DNA of 64,000 bases from Macrostomum lignano. Its lineage: Eukaryota. How positions within the stretch are numbered: position 1 is the first letter of the stretch; each line of letters opens with the position of its first letter. The stretch is from contig NIVC01000684.1 in assembly GCA_002269645.1 (NCBI GenBank), positions 310,001 to 374,000 of the forward strand, given 5' to 3'. The position numbers and the translations under genes were made by a program. Below, piece by piece: positions 1-12,300 of this stretch. A model generated the notes under the pieces. The model worked only from the letters and a program-made list of their open reading frames with translations. It made no database searches and had not been told where the DNA came from.

Positions 1-262
1 TTTTGAATGTGTTGAATGAGGGTTGTGTGACTGTCATTTTGAATGTGTGAATAAGGGTTATCTGACTGTCATTTTGAATGTGTGAATGAGGGTTGTGTGA
101 CTGTCATTTTGAATGTGTGAATAAGGGTTATGTGACTGTCATTTTGAATGTGTGAATAAGGGTTATGTGACTGTCATTTTGAATGTGTGAATAAGGGTTA
201 TGTGACTGTCATTTTGAATGTGTGAATAAGGGTTATCTGACTGTTATTTTGAATGTGTGATT
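1..262. repeat. 35-bp tandem repeat, truncated by window start
   Basis: TGACTGTCATTTTGAATGTGTGAATAAGGGTTATG-like unit recurs at 28, 63, 98, 133, 168, 203, 238. Confidence 0.95.
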
Positions 263-827
263 GAAGGCATTCAATTGTGACTTTTTTTGAATGTGTGAGT
301 GTGAATAAAGTGTGATTCGCAATACGAATGTGTGAATTTAGGCTCGTGAATCGCCTAAACAGATTTGGGACTGCTTGTGAATGAGTCTAAATAATAACCT
401 GTAGTCATTTTAAATGTGTGTTTAAAATATTTATGTAGAATTTAGGCGCATTGTTTATTATTGCATATTTTCTGATTAGTAAGAATTGAAGAACCAAGTA
501 CTTTTCATGTACTTTTCGTTAACTTACCTAAGCTTTCTCGTGTACTTCGAACTAGTAAATGTTATTTTTTCCAATCTGATCATCAATCCTGCTAAGACAA
601 CAGATTTTCAAAATAAATAATAACTAGCTTTTAAAAAGTCATATTTTACCGACTCGCGTAGCCTAGCTACGGACTTTTCTATCCCTTGTTTTAAATTCGG
701 TTCTTGAGTCTTTTATTTAATTTTTAAAAACTTACTTTTTAATTTACGTTCTGTAGCCTGATGTCTCGGATTAAGAAATTGTTAATATTTGAGTAAACTA
801 ATTTTTTTCTGCCAATTAGTTTTCACG

Positions 828-1028
828 ATGAAAGGCAGTTTTAAACCGGGCGATCTGGTATTTAGCATTGAGCCCTACGCTGTTGTGGTGAACTCTGGTC
901 ACCGATTGACTCGCTGCGATCACTGCCTGAGTGAGGGCGAGCGGAAGTGCTCTGCTTGCAAAGCGGTGAGTCATCCTGTCTGTCTGTCTGTCTTAGTGTC
1001 TGTCTGTCTGTCTGTCTGTCTGTCTTAG

Positions 1029-1084
<56 letters not shown>

Positions 1085-1140
1085 CGAGTGTCTGTCTGTC
1101 TGTCTGTCTGTCTTAGTGTCTGTCTGTCTGTCTGTCTTAG

Positions 1141-1184
<44 letters not shown>

Positions 1185-1216
1185 CGAGTGTCTGTCTGTC
1201 TGTCTGTCTGTCTTAG

Positions 1217-1272
<56 letters not shown>

Positions 1273-1304
1273 CGAGTGTCTGTCTGTCTGTCTGTCTGTC
1301 TTAG

Positions 1305-1337
<33 letters not shown>

Positions 1338-1400
1338 TAGTGTCTGTCTGTCTGTCTGTCTGTCTGTCCGAGTGTCTGTCTGTCTGTCTGTCTGTCTTAG

Positions 1401-1433
<33 letters not shown>

Positions 1434-1436
1434 TAG

Positions 1437-1472
<36 letters not shown>

Positions 1473-1577
1473 CGAGTGTCTTTCTGTCAGTCTGTCTGAG
1501 TGTCTTTCTGTCTGTCTGTATGTCTGTCTGTTTGTCTGTCTGTCTGTGTCTGTCTGTCTGTCTGTGTCTGTCTGTCC

Positions 1578-1624
<47 letters not shown>

Positions 1625-2308
1625 AGTCTGTCTGTCTGTCCGAGTGTCTTTCTATCTGTCTGTCTGTCTGATTGTCTTTGTGTCTCTGTCTATATGTCGT
1701 ATTTTTATAGTTTTATAGATTTTACACTGACTTTACTCTCTCATATAACCGCTGTGCATTTTATTACCCGCACAGATCGTCTACTGCAGTCGAGACTGTC
1801 AGAAAGTTGCCTGGCGACTCCACCACAAGCTGGAGTGCCGCTGCCTGTCCAACCACCGACCGAACGTGCCCTCAGAATCAGGCAGGATGTTTCTGAAGCT
1901 CCTGTTTCGTAGTGTCGGCTCTATCGGAATTGGCGACGATCACGAAGGCGCCGTCTGGCGCGATTCTGCCGGCTTAAGACTTTTTAAAGATCTGATGAGT
2001 CACGTTGATGAATTGCGAGCTGATGAAGCTCGGATGCTGGCATTTGGTCAATTGTGCCAGTCTATTCGAGTGTTCACTGCGTGCGTTATCAATGCCGACA
2101 GTTTTCCTAGCAGCGATTCCTTGCTTGAACTGTTTGGGCGCATGGTTATTAACGCTTTCTCTGTGCCGGTGAGTTGAGCTAGCCAGGGTTAAGCTGATTC
2201 GGCTGCGGTTAGTACACACGTACAAGTGGCCTGCTTGCTTGAGAAGCTGCAAAAGATGTGAACTATTTTTATCTTGGGAGATAAGAGAGTTCAGTCTCTC
2301 TCTCTCTC

Positions 2309-2340
<32 letters not shown>

Positions 2341-5300
2341 CCCTCTCTCCCTCCCTCCCTCTCTCTCTCTCTCTCTTTTTTCTCACTGACTCTCTGATCT
2401 CTCCCTGACTCTCTGGTCTCTCTCTGACTCTCTTGTCTCCCTGACTTTCTGATCTCTCTCTGACTTTTGTCTCCCTGACTCTCTGATCTCTCTCTCTGAC
2501 TCTCTTGTCTCCCTGACTCTCTGATCTCTCTCTGACTCTCTTGTCTCCCTGACTCTCTGATCTCTCTCTGACTCTCTTGTCTCCCCGACTCTCTGATATC
2601 TCTCTGACTCTCTTGTCTCCCTGACTCTCTGATCTCTCTCTCTGACTCTCTTGTCTCCCTGACTCTCTGATCTCTCTCTGACTCTCTTGTCTCCCCGACT
2701 CTCTGATCTCTCTCTGACTCTTTTGTCTCCCCGACTCTCTGATATCTCTCTGACTCTCTTGTCTCCCTGACTCTCTGATCTCTCTCTCTGACTCTCTTGT
2801 CTCCCTGACTCTCTGATCTCTCTCTGACTCTCTTGTCTCCCCGACTCTCTGATCTCTCTCTGACTCTCTTGTCTCCCTGACACTCTGATCTCTCTCTGGC
2901 TCTCTTGTCTCCCTGACTCTCTGATCTCTCTCTGACTCTCTTGTCTCCCCGACTCTCTGATCTCTCTCTGACTCTCTTGTCTCCCTGACTCTCTGATCTC
3001 TCTCTGACTCTCTTGTCTCCCCGACTCTCTGATCTCTCTCTGACTCTCTTGTCTCCCTGACACTCTGATCTCTCTCTGGCTCTCTTGTCTCCCCGACTCT
3101 CTGATATCTCTCTGACTCTCTTGTCTCCCCGACTCTCTGATCTCTCTCTGACTCTCTTGTCTCCCTGACTCTGATCTCTCTCTGACTCTCTTGTCTCCCC
3201 GACTCTCTGATCTCTCTCTGACTCTCTTGTCTCCGTGACACTCTGATCTCTCTCTGGCTCTCTTGTCTCCCCGACTCTCTGATATCTCTCTGACTCTCTT
3301 GTCTCCCTGACTCTCTGATCTCTCTCTCTGACTCTCTTGTCTCCCTGACACTCTGATCTCTCTCTGGCTCTCTTGTCTCCCCGACTCTCTGATATCTCTC
3401 TGACTCTCTTGTCTCCCTGACTCTCTGATCTCTCTCTCTGACTCTCTTGTCTCCCTGACTCTCTGATCTCTCTCTGACTCTCTTGTCTCCCCGACTCTCT
3501 GATCTCTCTCTGACTCTCTTGTCTCCCTGACACTCTGATCTCTCTCTGGCTCTCTTGTCTCCCTGACTCTCTGATCTCTCTCTGACTCTCTTGTCTCCCT
3601 GAAACTCTGATCTCGCTCTGACCCTCTTGTCTCTTGACTCTAATCTTCTTGATTCTCCTATCTCAAGTATCCGAAGTTTGAGTTATTTATCGATTCTCCA
3701 CCACTGCAGGACTCATTTGGCGTTCAAATCGGTACTGCAGTTTGCCTGTCAGCCTCCGTGCTAGATCACAGGTGCCAGCCCAACGTTCACGCCTATTTCC
3801 AATCCGGCAAACTGTTAGTTAAATGCCTGACTAATGTTAACAGATTTGATCAATTAAGAATCAACTATTGCAGTTTAATGTACACCTGGAAACAGCGCAG
3901 GGAGACTCTACTTAGTCAGTACTATTTTGAGTGCAATTGTTCGCTTTGTAGCGATTATCTGATGCAAAATTCTTCGGAGCCAGACGAACTGAAGTGCAGT
4001 AAAACTGCCTGCCAAGGCGTTTGTACTGCTGTTGTTGATGGTGAGTGGGGCTGTTGCTTCGGATATTTTGCTTTTTCCGAACAACAATTTCAGTCTAACC
4101 GCCCAAACCTCCACACCCTCCCTTTCTACACCCTCCCAAATGCCCTCCCACACAAAATTCTACACACTCACTGAACTTTCCACACACCTACACACTCGTA
4201 CACACCCTCCCACACACCCTCTTACGCACCCTTCCACACACCCACACACCCTCCTACACTCCCTCCCACACACCCTCCTACACACCCTCCTACACACCCT
4301 CCCACACATCCTCCTACGCACCTTCCTAAACATCCTACGCACCCTTCCACACTCCCTCCCACACACCCTCCCACACACCCTCCCACACACTCTCCCACAC
4401 CCTCCTACACACCCTCCCACACACCCTCCTACACACCCTCCCACACACCCTCCTACACACCCTCCTACACACCCTCCTACACACCCTCCTACGCACCCTC
4501 CTACACATCCTACGCACCCTTCCACACACCCTCCCACACACCCTCCCACACACCCTCCCACACACTCTCCCACACACCCTCATTCACACCCTCATTCACA
4601 CCCTCCCACACACCATCCCACACACCCTCCCACACACCCTCCCACACACCCTCCCACACACTCTCCCACACACCCTCATTCACACCCTCATTCACACCCT
4701 CCCACACACCATCCCACACACCCTCCCACACACCCTCCTACACACCCTCCCACACACCCTCCTACACACCCTCCCACACAGCCTCCTACACACCCTCCTA
4801 CACACCCTCCCACACATCCTACGCACCCTTCTACACACCCTCCCACACACCCTCCTACACACCCTCCTACACACTCTCCATCACACCCTCCTACGCACCC
4901 TTCCACACACCCTCCATCACACCCTCCCACACACCCTCCATCACACCCTCCCACACACCCTCCCATGCACCCTCCTACACACCCTCCCATGCACCCTCCT
5001 ACACAACCTTCCACACACCCTCCCACACCCATCACACACCTTGATCCCACACCCTTCCCATCTGCCCTTCCGCATAGCTTTCCATACACCCTACCACACA
5101 AGCAAACCCTCGCCAGATTGTGAAAACAAAAGCGCAGACTAATTTCAACTGCACCCTCGCACACGAGTCTCCACAATTTCCTGTCGCCTTGTCAGACTCA
5201 TCCCAAGCGGTCACCGGGCATTCAGTTTGCGATCTGTGCACCTCTCAGCCAGCCAGTCTGGACCCCAGCCTAATCCGATCTTGGCGCAATCGGCTTCAAC

Positions 5301-5746
5301 TGGAATTGGCTAATAAGTCCGATACGAGCAATAATAGCGATTCGAACGTCGTTAATCGTCGTAAAGCGTTGCTTAGCAACCAGGAAAATCCTCTACATCC
5401 TCAGCACAAGCTGTGCGCTCAACTGTACGACTCTCTGTACTCAAACTGCCTGAGCAAATCCGATTGGACTGAAGCTCAAAAGATTGGCGAAGAAATTTTA
5501 TTACCAGCTAGAAAGCGTCATCTGGGTTCGTTGCTATGGCAACAGCACGACTCTGGTTTGTTGCTATACGAGCTAGGCCGGTTAGCTAACAATCGAATGC
5601 AGCTGCGTCAAGCACTGGGTCGTTTCGAGCAGGCTGAATCGATTTTTAATTTAACAGTCGAGTCTGACGCACCAGCCCTACTAAGTCTCCGGTATCAAAT
5701 TATCAAGACTAGGTCCGAAATTCTGGCTGTCGAGCAGAGTGGCTGA
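828..5746 (+). CDS. SMYD-family SET and MYND domain protein, about 470 aa, 4 exons (possibly 5'-incomplete)
   Basis: Exons 828-965, 1776-2168, 3710-4040, 5196-5746 with GT-AG sites and consistent phases (0,0,1); 1413 nt. MYND finger CDHC..CSACKA|[21 protein letters not shown]; [11 protein letters not shown]; post-[14 protein letters not shown]; helical C-terminus. The usual N-terminal GxG S-sequence is not seen and an AG acceptor lies at 818-819, so an upstream exon or trans-splice is possible. Confidence 0.9.
976..1685. repeat. (TGTC)n microsatellite in SMYD intron 1
   Basis: TGTC runs punctuated by TTAG/CGAG; source of the SVCL-repeat ORFs. Confidence 0.97.
2293..3640. repeat. (CT)n followed by a 36-38 bp pyrimidine-rich minisatellite in SMYD intron 2
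   Basis: Unit CTCTGACTCTCTTGTCTCCC(C/T)GACTCTCTGATCTCT; explains the minus-strand RESERDQ ORFs. Confidence 0.95.
4100..5045. repeat. 12-bp C/A-rich minisatellite in SMYD intron 3
   Basis: Unit CACACCCTCC(C/T)A; explains the THPP/GGCV ORFs. Confidence 0.95.
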
Positions 5747-5877
5747 TTTTTTGCTATTAATACTACTGCTGTTGCTATCAATTTTAATATTAAGCTTTGA
5801 TATAACATTCAAATACATTTGCCTGCATTTTATGACTTTATTACTTAATATGAGTGCGTTATAACTTTTAATTAAGT

Positions 5878-6290
5878 TATGAGCAGACAGTGCAGACTAT
5901 GATGAGACACTATAGATTATGATCAGGCGCTATAAATTATGATCAGACGCTATAAATTATGATCAGACGCTATAGATTATGCGAAGACAATATAGATTAT
6001 GCGAAGACAATATAGATTATGAAAAGATAATATAAATGATGAGCGGACACTATAGATTATGAGCAAACACTAGCTTATGAACAGACTACTAAAATTATGA
6101 GCAGACACTAGAGACTATGAGCGGACACTAGATTATAAGGAATCACTAGATTATCAACAGACACTATATAGATTATGAGCGGACACTATAGATTATGAGC
6201 AGACGCTATAGATTATGAGCAATCACTAGATTATGAGCGGACACTATAGATTATGAGCAGACACTATAGATTATGAGCAGACACTATTGA
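5878..6290. repeat. About 20-bp degenerate tandem repeat between SMYD and Lon
   Basis: Unit AGATTATGAGCAGACACTAT and variants. Confidence 0.9.
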
Positions 6291-6382
6291 TAAACCAGCC
6301 TGCATATCAAAGACATATTTATCAGTGAAAAGGCAATATTTTTTATCTCATACTTCTGCTAACAACTCCGTGTCAGAAGAGA

Positions 6383-9300
6383 ATGTCTTCACAACTATTA
6401 TTTAGAATGGGTGTCGGCTCATCCAGAAGTGGTCTCGGTGTCGGAATTTCGACGCTACTAAGTCGCAGCTACGGTTCTATTGCGTCGTCAACTTCTAGAC
6501 GAATATTACTGAAAATGTCGAATAATAATTTACGTCGAGAAAGTTTATTAACTACCCCAGCAGCTGTTAATTGTGCTTTAAATAATCATTACAATAAATC
6601 GAGATTCTATTGTTCGAACTCTTCATCTTCGAATTCCGACGGCGGAGGCGGTGACGATTCTTCTGGCGACGCTTCCTCATCGTCTGCGGGGAGCTCCGCC
6701 GGCGACAACTCGGACGATCCGGGAGATTCTTCTGGTGAGTCTTTAGTGGAGAGGCAGAGAGTTGCAGCCTAGTGGTTAGGAGCGTGGGACTCACGACTTG
6801 AAGGTCGGTGGTTCGATTCTCGGCCCACTCGGAATAATTTGTGTCCTTGAGCCAAGAGACTTTTTTAACTCTGCTTTGCTTCAGTCCACCCAGCTGGATT
6901 TGGCGACCCCCCAACAGTCCTTGGACTGAACAGCCGTACGCAGCCTGCAGATGCGCCCCGCGATAGCTGCGGCTGAGCTGTCGGTTGCACATCTGGCCCA
7001 TTATGCAGGTGTAATCAATTTTTTGTATATATAGCTAGTAAGTTTAGACAAAACGACTCAATAGATCCATTCTCTTCTAAACTAATTCCTTAAGAGCCTG
7101 GCGATGCCTGATACTAGACGCAACATGTCGCTTATCGAAAGATATCACAGTGACAAAAATCGCTAAAAAGTCGTTGCAAACAAATCTTAAATGACTCTCG
7201 TCTAGCAACTCTGGGGCGACTCTTGGGACTTTTTAGCGACTCAAACGCGTCTGATGCGACAGAGAGGCGGCTGTTGCGTCATAATCGCGTCACGTGAACT
7301 TTTGCTAGAGATTTATACGAGCTTATGTGACTGGAATTCGTCAAGCGACGCAAATGCGCTTCAAACACAACCCAGTGAAATCCCAACTCAGTGAAATACC
7401 AACTCAGTGAAATCCCAACTCAGTGAAATCCCAACCTAGTGAAATCCCAACTTAGTGAAATCCCAACTTAGTGAAATCCAAACTTAGTGAAATCCCAACT
7501 CAGTGAAATACCAACTCAGTGAAATCCCAACTCAGTGAAATCCCAACTCAGTGAAATCCCAACTCAGTGAAATCCCAACTCAGTGAAATACCAACTCAGT
7601 GAAATCCCAACTTAGTGAAATCCCAACTCAGTGAAATCCCAACTCAGTGAAATACCAACTCAGTGAAATCCCAACTTAGTGAAATCCCAACTTAGTGAAA
7701 TCCCAACTCAATGAAATCCCAACTCAGTGAAATACCAACTCAGTGAAATCCCAACTCAGTGAAATCCCAACTCAGTGAAATCCCAACTCAGTGAAATCCC
7801 AACTTAGTGAAATCCCAACTCAGTGAAATCCCAACTTAGTGAAATACCAACTCAGTGTACATGAGAGTGTACATGCCTGACGATTAGATAGTCAAAGGGC
7901 TGCTGTACACCCTGTATGAGTGCGTGCCTGAGTACAGTATTGGCCCGCTTGCATGTGCTCAGGAGTCAGCGGGATGGGCAGAATTGCCGTCAGCTCTGGT
8001 TGTGGGACATTTTCTACCACTTAAGGAATTAAGAACCGATATCTTCGCTACCGCAATAATTTTCATTTTCAAACGCTACAGGTCGACCACCTCCGCCGCC
8101 CCTGTTCGCCCCTGGCCCGGGCCAGATGGCGCTGACAGTCAACGCTGTGCCAGAGAATTTCCCAATTGTACCAACTATTGTGATTGGCAAGAATCCGGTG
8201 TTTCCCAAATTTGTCCGATTGATTGAACTCGAAGATCCTCAGTTGATTCGTCTCATAATGCGTCGGGTTCATCTCGGTCTGCCTTACGCTGGCGTGTTCC
8301 TGAAGCGCAGCTCAGACGATCCCAATTATCCTCAGGCAGCTGATTCTCTTGACGATATCTATCAGGTTGGCACATTTGTGCAGATCACCGAGCTGCAGGA
8401 TCTGGGAGATAAACTGCGACTATTGCTGTTGGGGCATCGACGGATTCAGATTGTTAAACAGGTAGGAAAATCTATAAATAACTAATTAAGACCCTTTATT
8501 TTGATTTAATTACCTTTTTAAGTGCTTGCCAGAATTTTTTTGAGTTTTCATCTCAACATCTCAAAGCCGCCTTGGGAATCAGCCCTCATCCACTATGAGA
8601 ATCAGGTCTCATCCACTATGAGAATCAGCTCTCACCCACTATGAGAATCAGCTCTCACCCACTATGAGAATCAGCTCTCACCCACTATGAGAATCTGATC
8701 TTATTGTTATGCCGTGTCTTTCGCCCGAGATAGAACAAGGATTTCCCTGGGTGGTCGGGTAGGTCTTGTTATCCCACCGCTGCCACCAGTGTAATGACTG
8801 TGCCTACTGCTTCCTCTGTCTGTCCTCGCTATCTAGCACGGCCGGTAGCTGGCCTGAGTGGTCTAGCACTATGGTCCGAATTAACCCCTCTTAGTCTCCA
8901 CTGAGTACAGTTAGATAATAACCGAGTATTGGTAGTTGGGTTGCTGCCACCTTGTAGGTCTACAGGTGATATCCTCGACAGGTTACCCCTAGGTAGGCCT
9001 ACTGATAAGTAGAAAATAAATAAGACAAACAAGTCAGTTAAACGTTTATTAATGTGAGTAACGGTCACAGGCCGATCCTAAAATATCGTTTAGTAGCTCA
9101 ACTGGTGTCGCAGTAAACGCCCTAAGCTGTACTGTGCGTCAGTTGGTGTTGCCCAACAGTGTAGGTTGTAGGCCACGAGACCAGGTCCAGACGGTGTCGA
9201 AGGTCTGGCGAGCTGATGACACAAAGACCTGCGGCAGTCTTAATGAGCAAATGGCAGCTGCAACAAGGATTTGTTAGCAGGTTATCCCTAGGAAAAGCGT

Positions 9301-12300
9301 CTAGCGATCTGCCTAAGCTAGTTCGTCTAGGAAAAGCGTCTAGGAATACTAGCCTTTGCTCGAAGCCAAGCAGGCGGTCTCCGAGAGGATGGTCTCTTTG
9401 GGCCTTCACCTATTCTGTATTTATACTAAATTTCGGGGGTCTCAGGGCCAATGGGAAGCTCAGAGGCAGTTCCGTGGCAGATCCCATGGCAGTTCCGTGG
9501 ACTACCCGGAGCCAGGAGCGATCTTGGAGATGTCCATAAGACATCTGCCTCATCATGCAGCCTCCGCATGGCCTGCTGGTACACTGCTTGCATGTTGCCG
9601 CATGCAAGGAGTGCAACCAAGACCCCACGAAATCCTACCCCGGGCGGAGAGCTATGCTCTCACTCCCGCTGACTAAATAAGCCTGTACTAAAGGAGAAAT
9701 ATCCCACTGACTAATGTTTCTATTTTTAGCCCATTGCAGACTGCGCCAGGGGGAGAGGGGGAGAGAGTTTCTCTCCCTGTCCCGCGACAGCTGCACACCT
9801 GAGCCTGCACAAGGGAAGAGGAGGAAGGGACAGCACTATGCCCAGCTCCCACTGCTGCAGCCCAAGCACTAACTGACTAAGGGGGGATCCCAGGAGCAGC
9901 CTATGCTAGCTACGCTGGATCACCACATTATCCACTATGAGAATCAGCTCTCACCCACTATAAGAATCTGATCTTATCCACTATGAGAATCAGCTCTCAT
10001 CCACTATGAGAATCAGCTCTCACCCACTATGAGAATCTGATCTTATCCACTATGAGGATCAGCTCTCATCCACTATGAGAATCTGATCTTATCCACTATG
10101 AGGATCAGCTCTCATCCACTATGAGAATCAGCTCTCATCCACTATGAGAATCAGCTCTCACCCACTATGAGAATCTGATCTTATCCACAATGAGAATCAG
10201 CTCTCATCCACTATGAGAATCTGATCTTATCCACTATGAGAATCAGCTCTTATCCACTATGAGAATCTGATCTTATCCACTATGAGAATCAGCTCTCACC
10301 CACTATGAGAATCTGATCTTATCCACTATGAGAATCAGCTCTCATCCACTATGAGAATCAGCTCTCATCCACTATGAGAATCTGATCTCATCCACTATGA
10401 GAATCTGATCTCATCCACTATGAGAATCTGATCTCATCCACTATGAGAATCAGCTCTCATCCACTATGAGAATCAGCTCTCATCCACTATGAGAATCAGC
10501 TCTCATCCACTATGAGAATCAGCTCTCATCCACTATGAGAATCAGCTCTCATCCACTATGAGAATCAGCTCTCATCCACTATGAGAATCAGCCCTCATCC
10601 ACTATGAGAATCAGCTCTCATCCACTATGAGAATCTGATCTCATCCACTATGAGAATCTGATCTCATCCACTATGAGAATCAGCTCTCATCCACTATGAG
10701 AATCAGCTCTCATCCACTATGAGAATCAGCTCTCATCCACAATGAGAATCAGCTCTCATCCACAATGAGAATCAGCTCTCATTCCCCTTCATCCAGGTCG
10801 AGGAGGACAACAATGGCAAGCCTCAGCAGCAGGCCAGTGACTCATCTACAAACGGCCATGCGCAGTCACCTGCCAATGGTCGCAAGAAAGGCAGTGAGTG
10901 TTTTGCATTTGCTAGCAGCAGGCACTGAAGCATCAGGACAGGGGCAGCAGCAGGCACTGAAGCCTCAGGACAGGGGCAGCAGCAGGCACTGAAGCATCAG
11001 GGGAGGGGCAGCAGCTGGCACTGAAGCATCAGGGGAGGGGCAGCAGCAGGCACTGAAGCATCAGGGGAGGGGCAGCAGCAGGCACTGAAACATCAGGGGA
11101 GAGGCAGCAGCAGGCACTGAAGCATCAGGACAGGGGCAGCAGCAGGCACTGAAGCATCAGGACAGGGGCAGCAGCAGGCACTGAAGCATCAGGGGAGGGG
11201 CAGCAGCAGGCACTGAAGCATCAGGGGAGCGGCAGCAGCAGGCACTGAAGCATCAGGACAGGGGCAGCAGCAGGCACTGAAGCATCAGGGGAGGGGCAGC
11301 AGCTGGCACTGAAGCATCAGGGGAGGGGCAGCAGCAGGCACTGAAGCATCAGGACAGGGGCAGCAGCAGGCACTGAAACATCAGGGGAGAGGCAGCAGCA
11401 GGCACTGAAGCATCAGGGGAGGGGCAGCAGCAGGCACTGAAGCATCAGGACAGGGGCAGCAGCAGGCACTGAAGCATCAGGGGAGGGGCAGCAGCAGGCA
11501 CTGAAGCATCAGGGGAGCGGCAGCAGCAGGCACTGAAGCATCAGGACAGGGGCAGCAGCAGGCACTGAAGCATCAGGACAGGGGCAGCAGCAGGCACTGA
11601 AGCATCAGGACAGGGGCAGCAGCAGGCACTGAAGCATCAGGGGAGGGGCAGCAGCAGGCACTGAAGCATCAGGGGAGGGGCAGCAGCAGGCACTGAAGCA
11701 TCAGGACTGAGGCAGCAGCAGGCACTGAAGCATCAGGGGAGGGGCAGCAGCAGGCACTGAAGCATCAGGACAGGGGCAGCAGCAGGCACTGAAGCATCAG
11801 GACAGGGGCAGCAGCAGGCACTGAAGCATCAGGGGAGGGGCAGCAGCAGGCACTGAAACATCAGGACAGGGGCATCAGCAGGTTAAGAAGCATCCTGAAA
11901 GAGCCGACCCTCTGCATTTCAGTCGGCAAGTCGGGCTTCCGTCTGGGCGGTCTGTCCGGTTTCAACAATCGAGGCTCAGCTTCTCAGTTGAAGTCGGCTG
12001 AATCATCCAGCAGCTCAGATTTTGATGAAGCCTCTAAACAGCAGGACAGCAGTGGCCCGAGTGGCCGAGTGTTATTAGTAGAAACCGTGAACTGTTATCA
12101 CAACGAGTTCACTCAAAATGCCGAGATTAAAGCTTTGACAGCCGAGATAGTGAAGACTATCAGGGATTTGATCTCTTTAAATCCCATGTACCGAGAGACT
12201 GTGCTGGCGATGCTGGCCACCGGGCAGAAGGTTGTCGACGATCCAATCTATCTGTGCGACCTTGGAGCCGCCCTGTGCTCAGCAAGCGAGCCGGCCGAAT

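Noticed and set aside
947-5176. Long ORFs with SVCL, RESERDQ, THPP or GGCV repeats
   Set aside because: They lie within SMYD introns and are translations of microsatellites and minisatellites; the spliced SMYD model explains the unique sequence.
7090-7372. GC-richer segment with repeated GCGAC/GTCGC motifs, possibly a transposon end
   Set aside because: I could not identify a matching inverted terminus or TSD.
7373-7857. Regular short repeats as a possible CRISPR array
   Set aside because: Units are head-to-tail with no unique spacers, the context is eukaryotic and there are no cas genes; the same holds for every array in the window.
9122-9676. Short overlapping ORFs inside the LTR-like insertion
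   Set aside because: No gag, pol or env motifs were recognised, consistent with a solo LTR.
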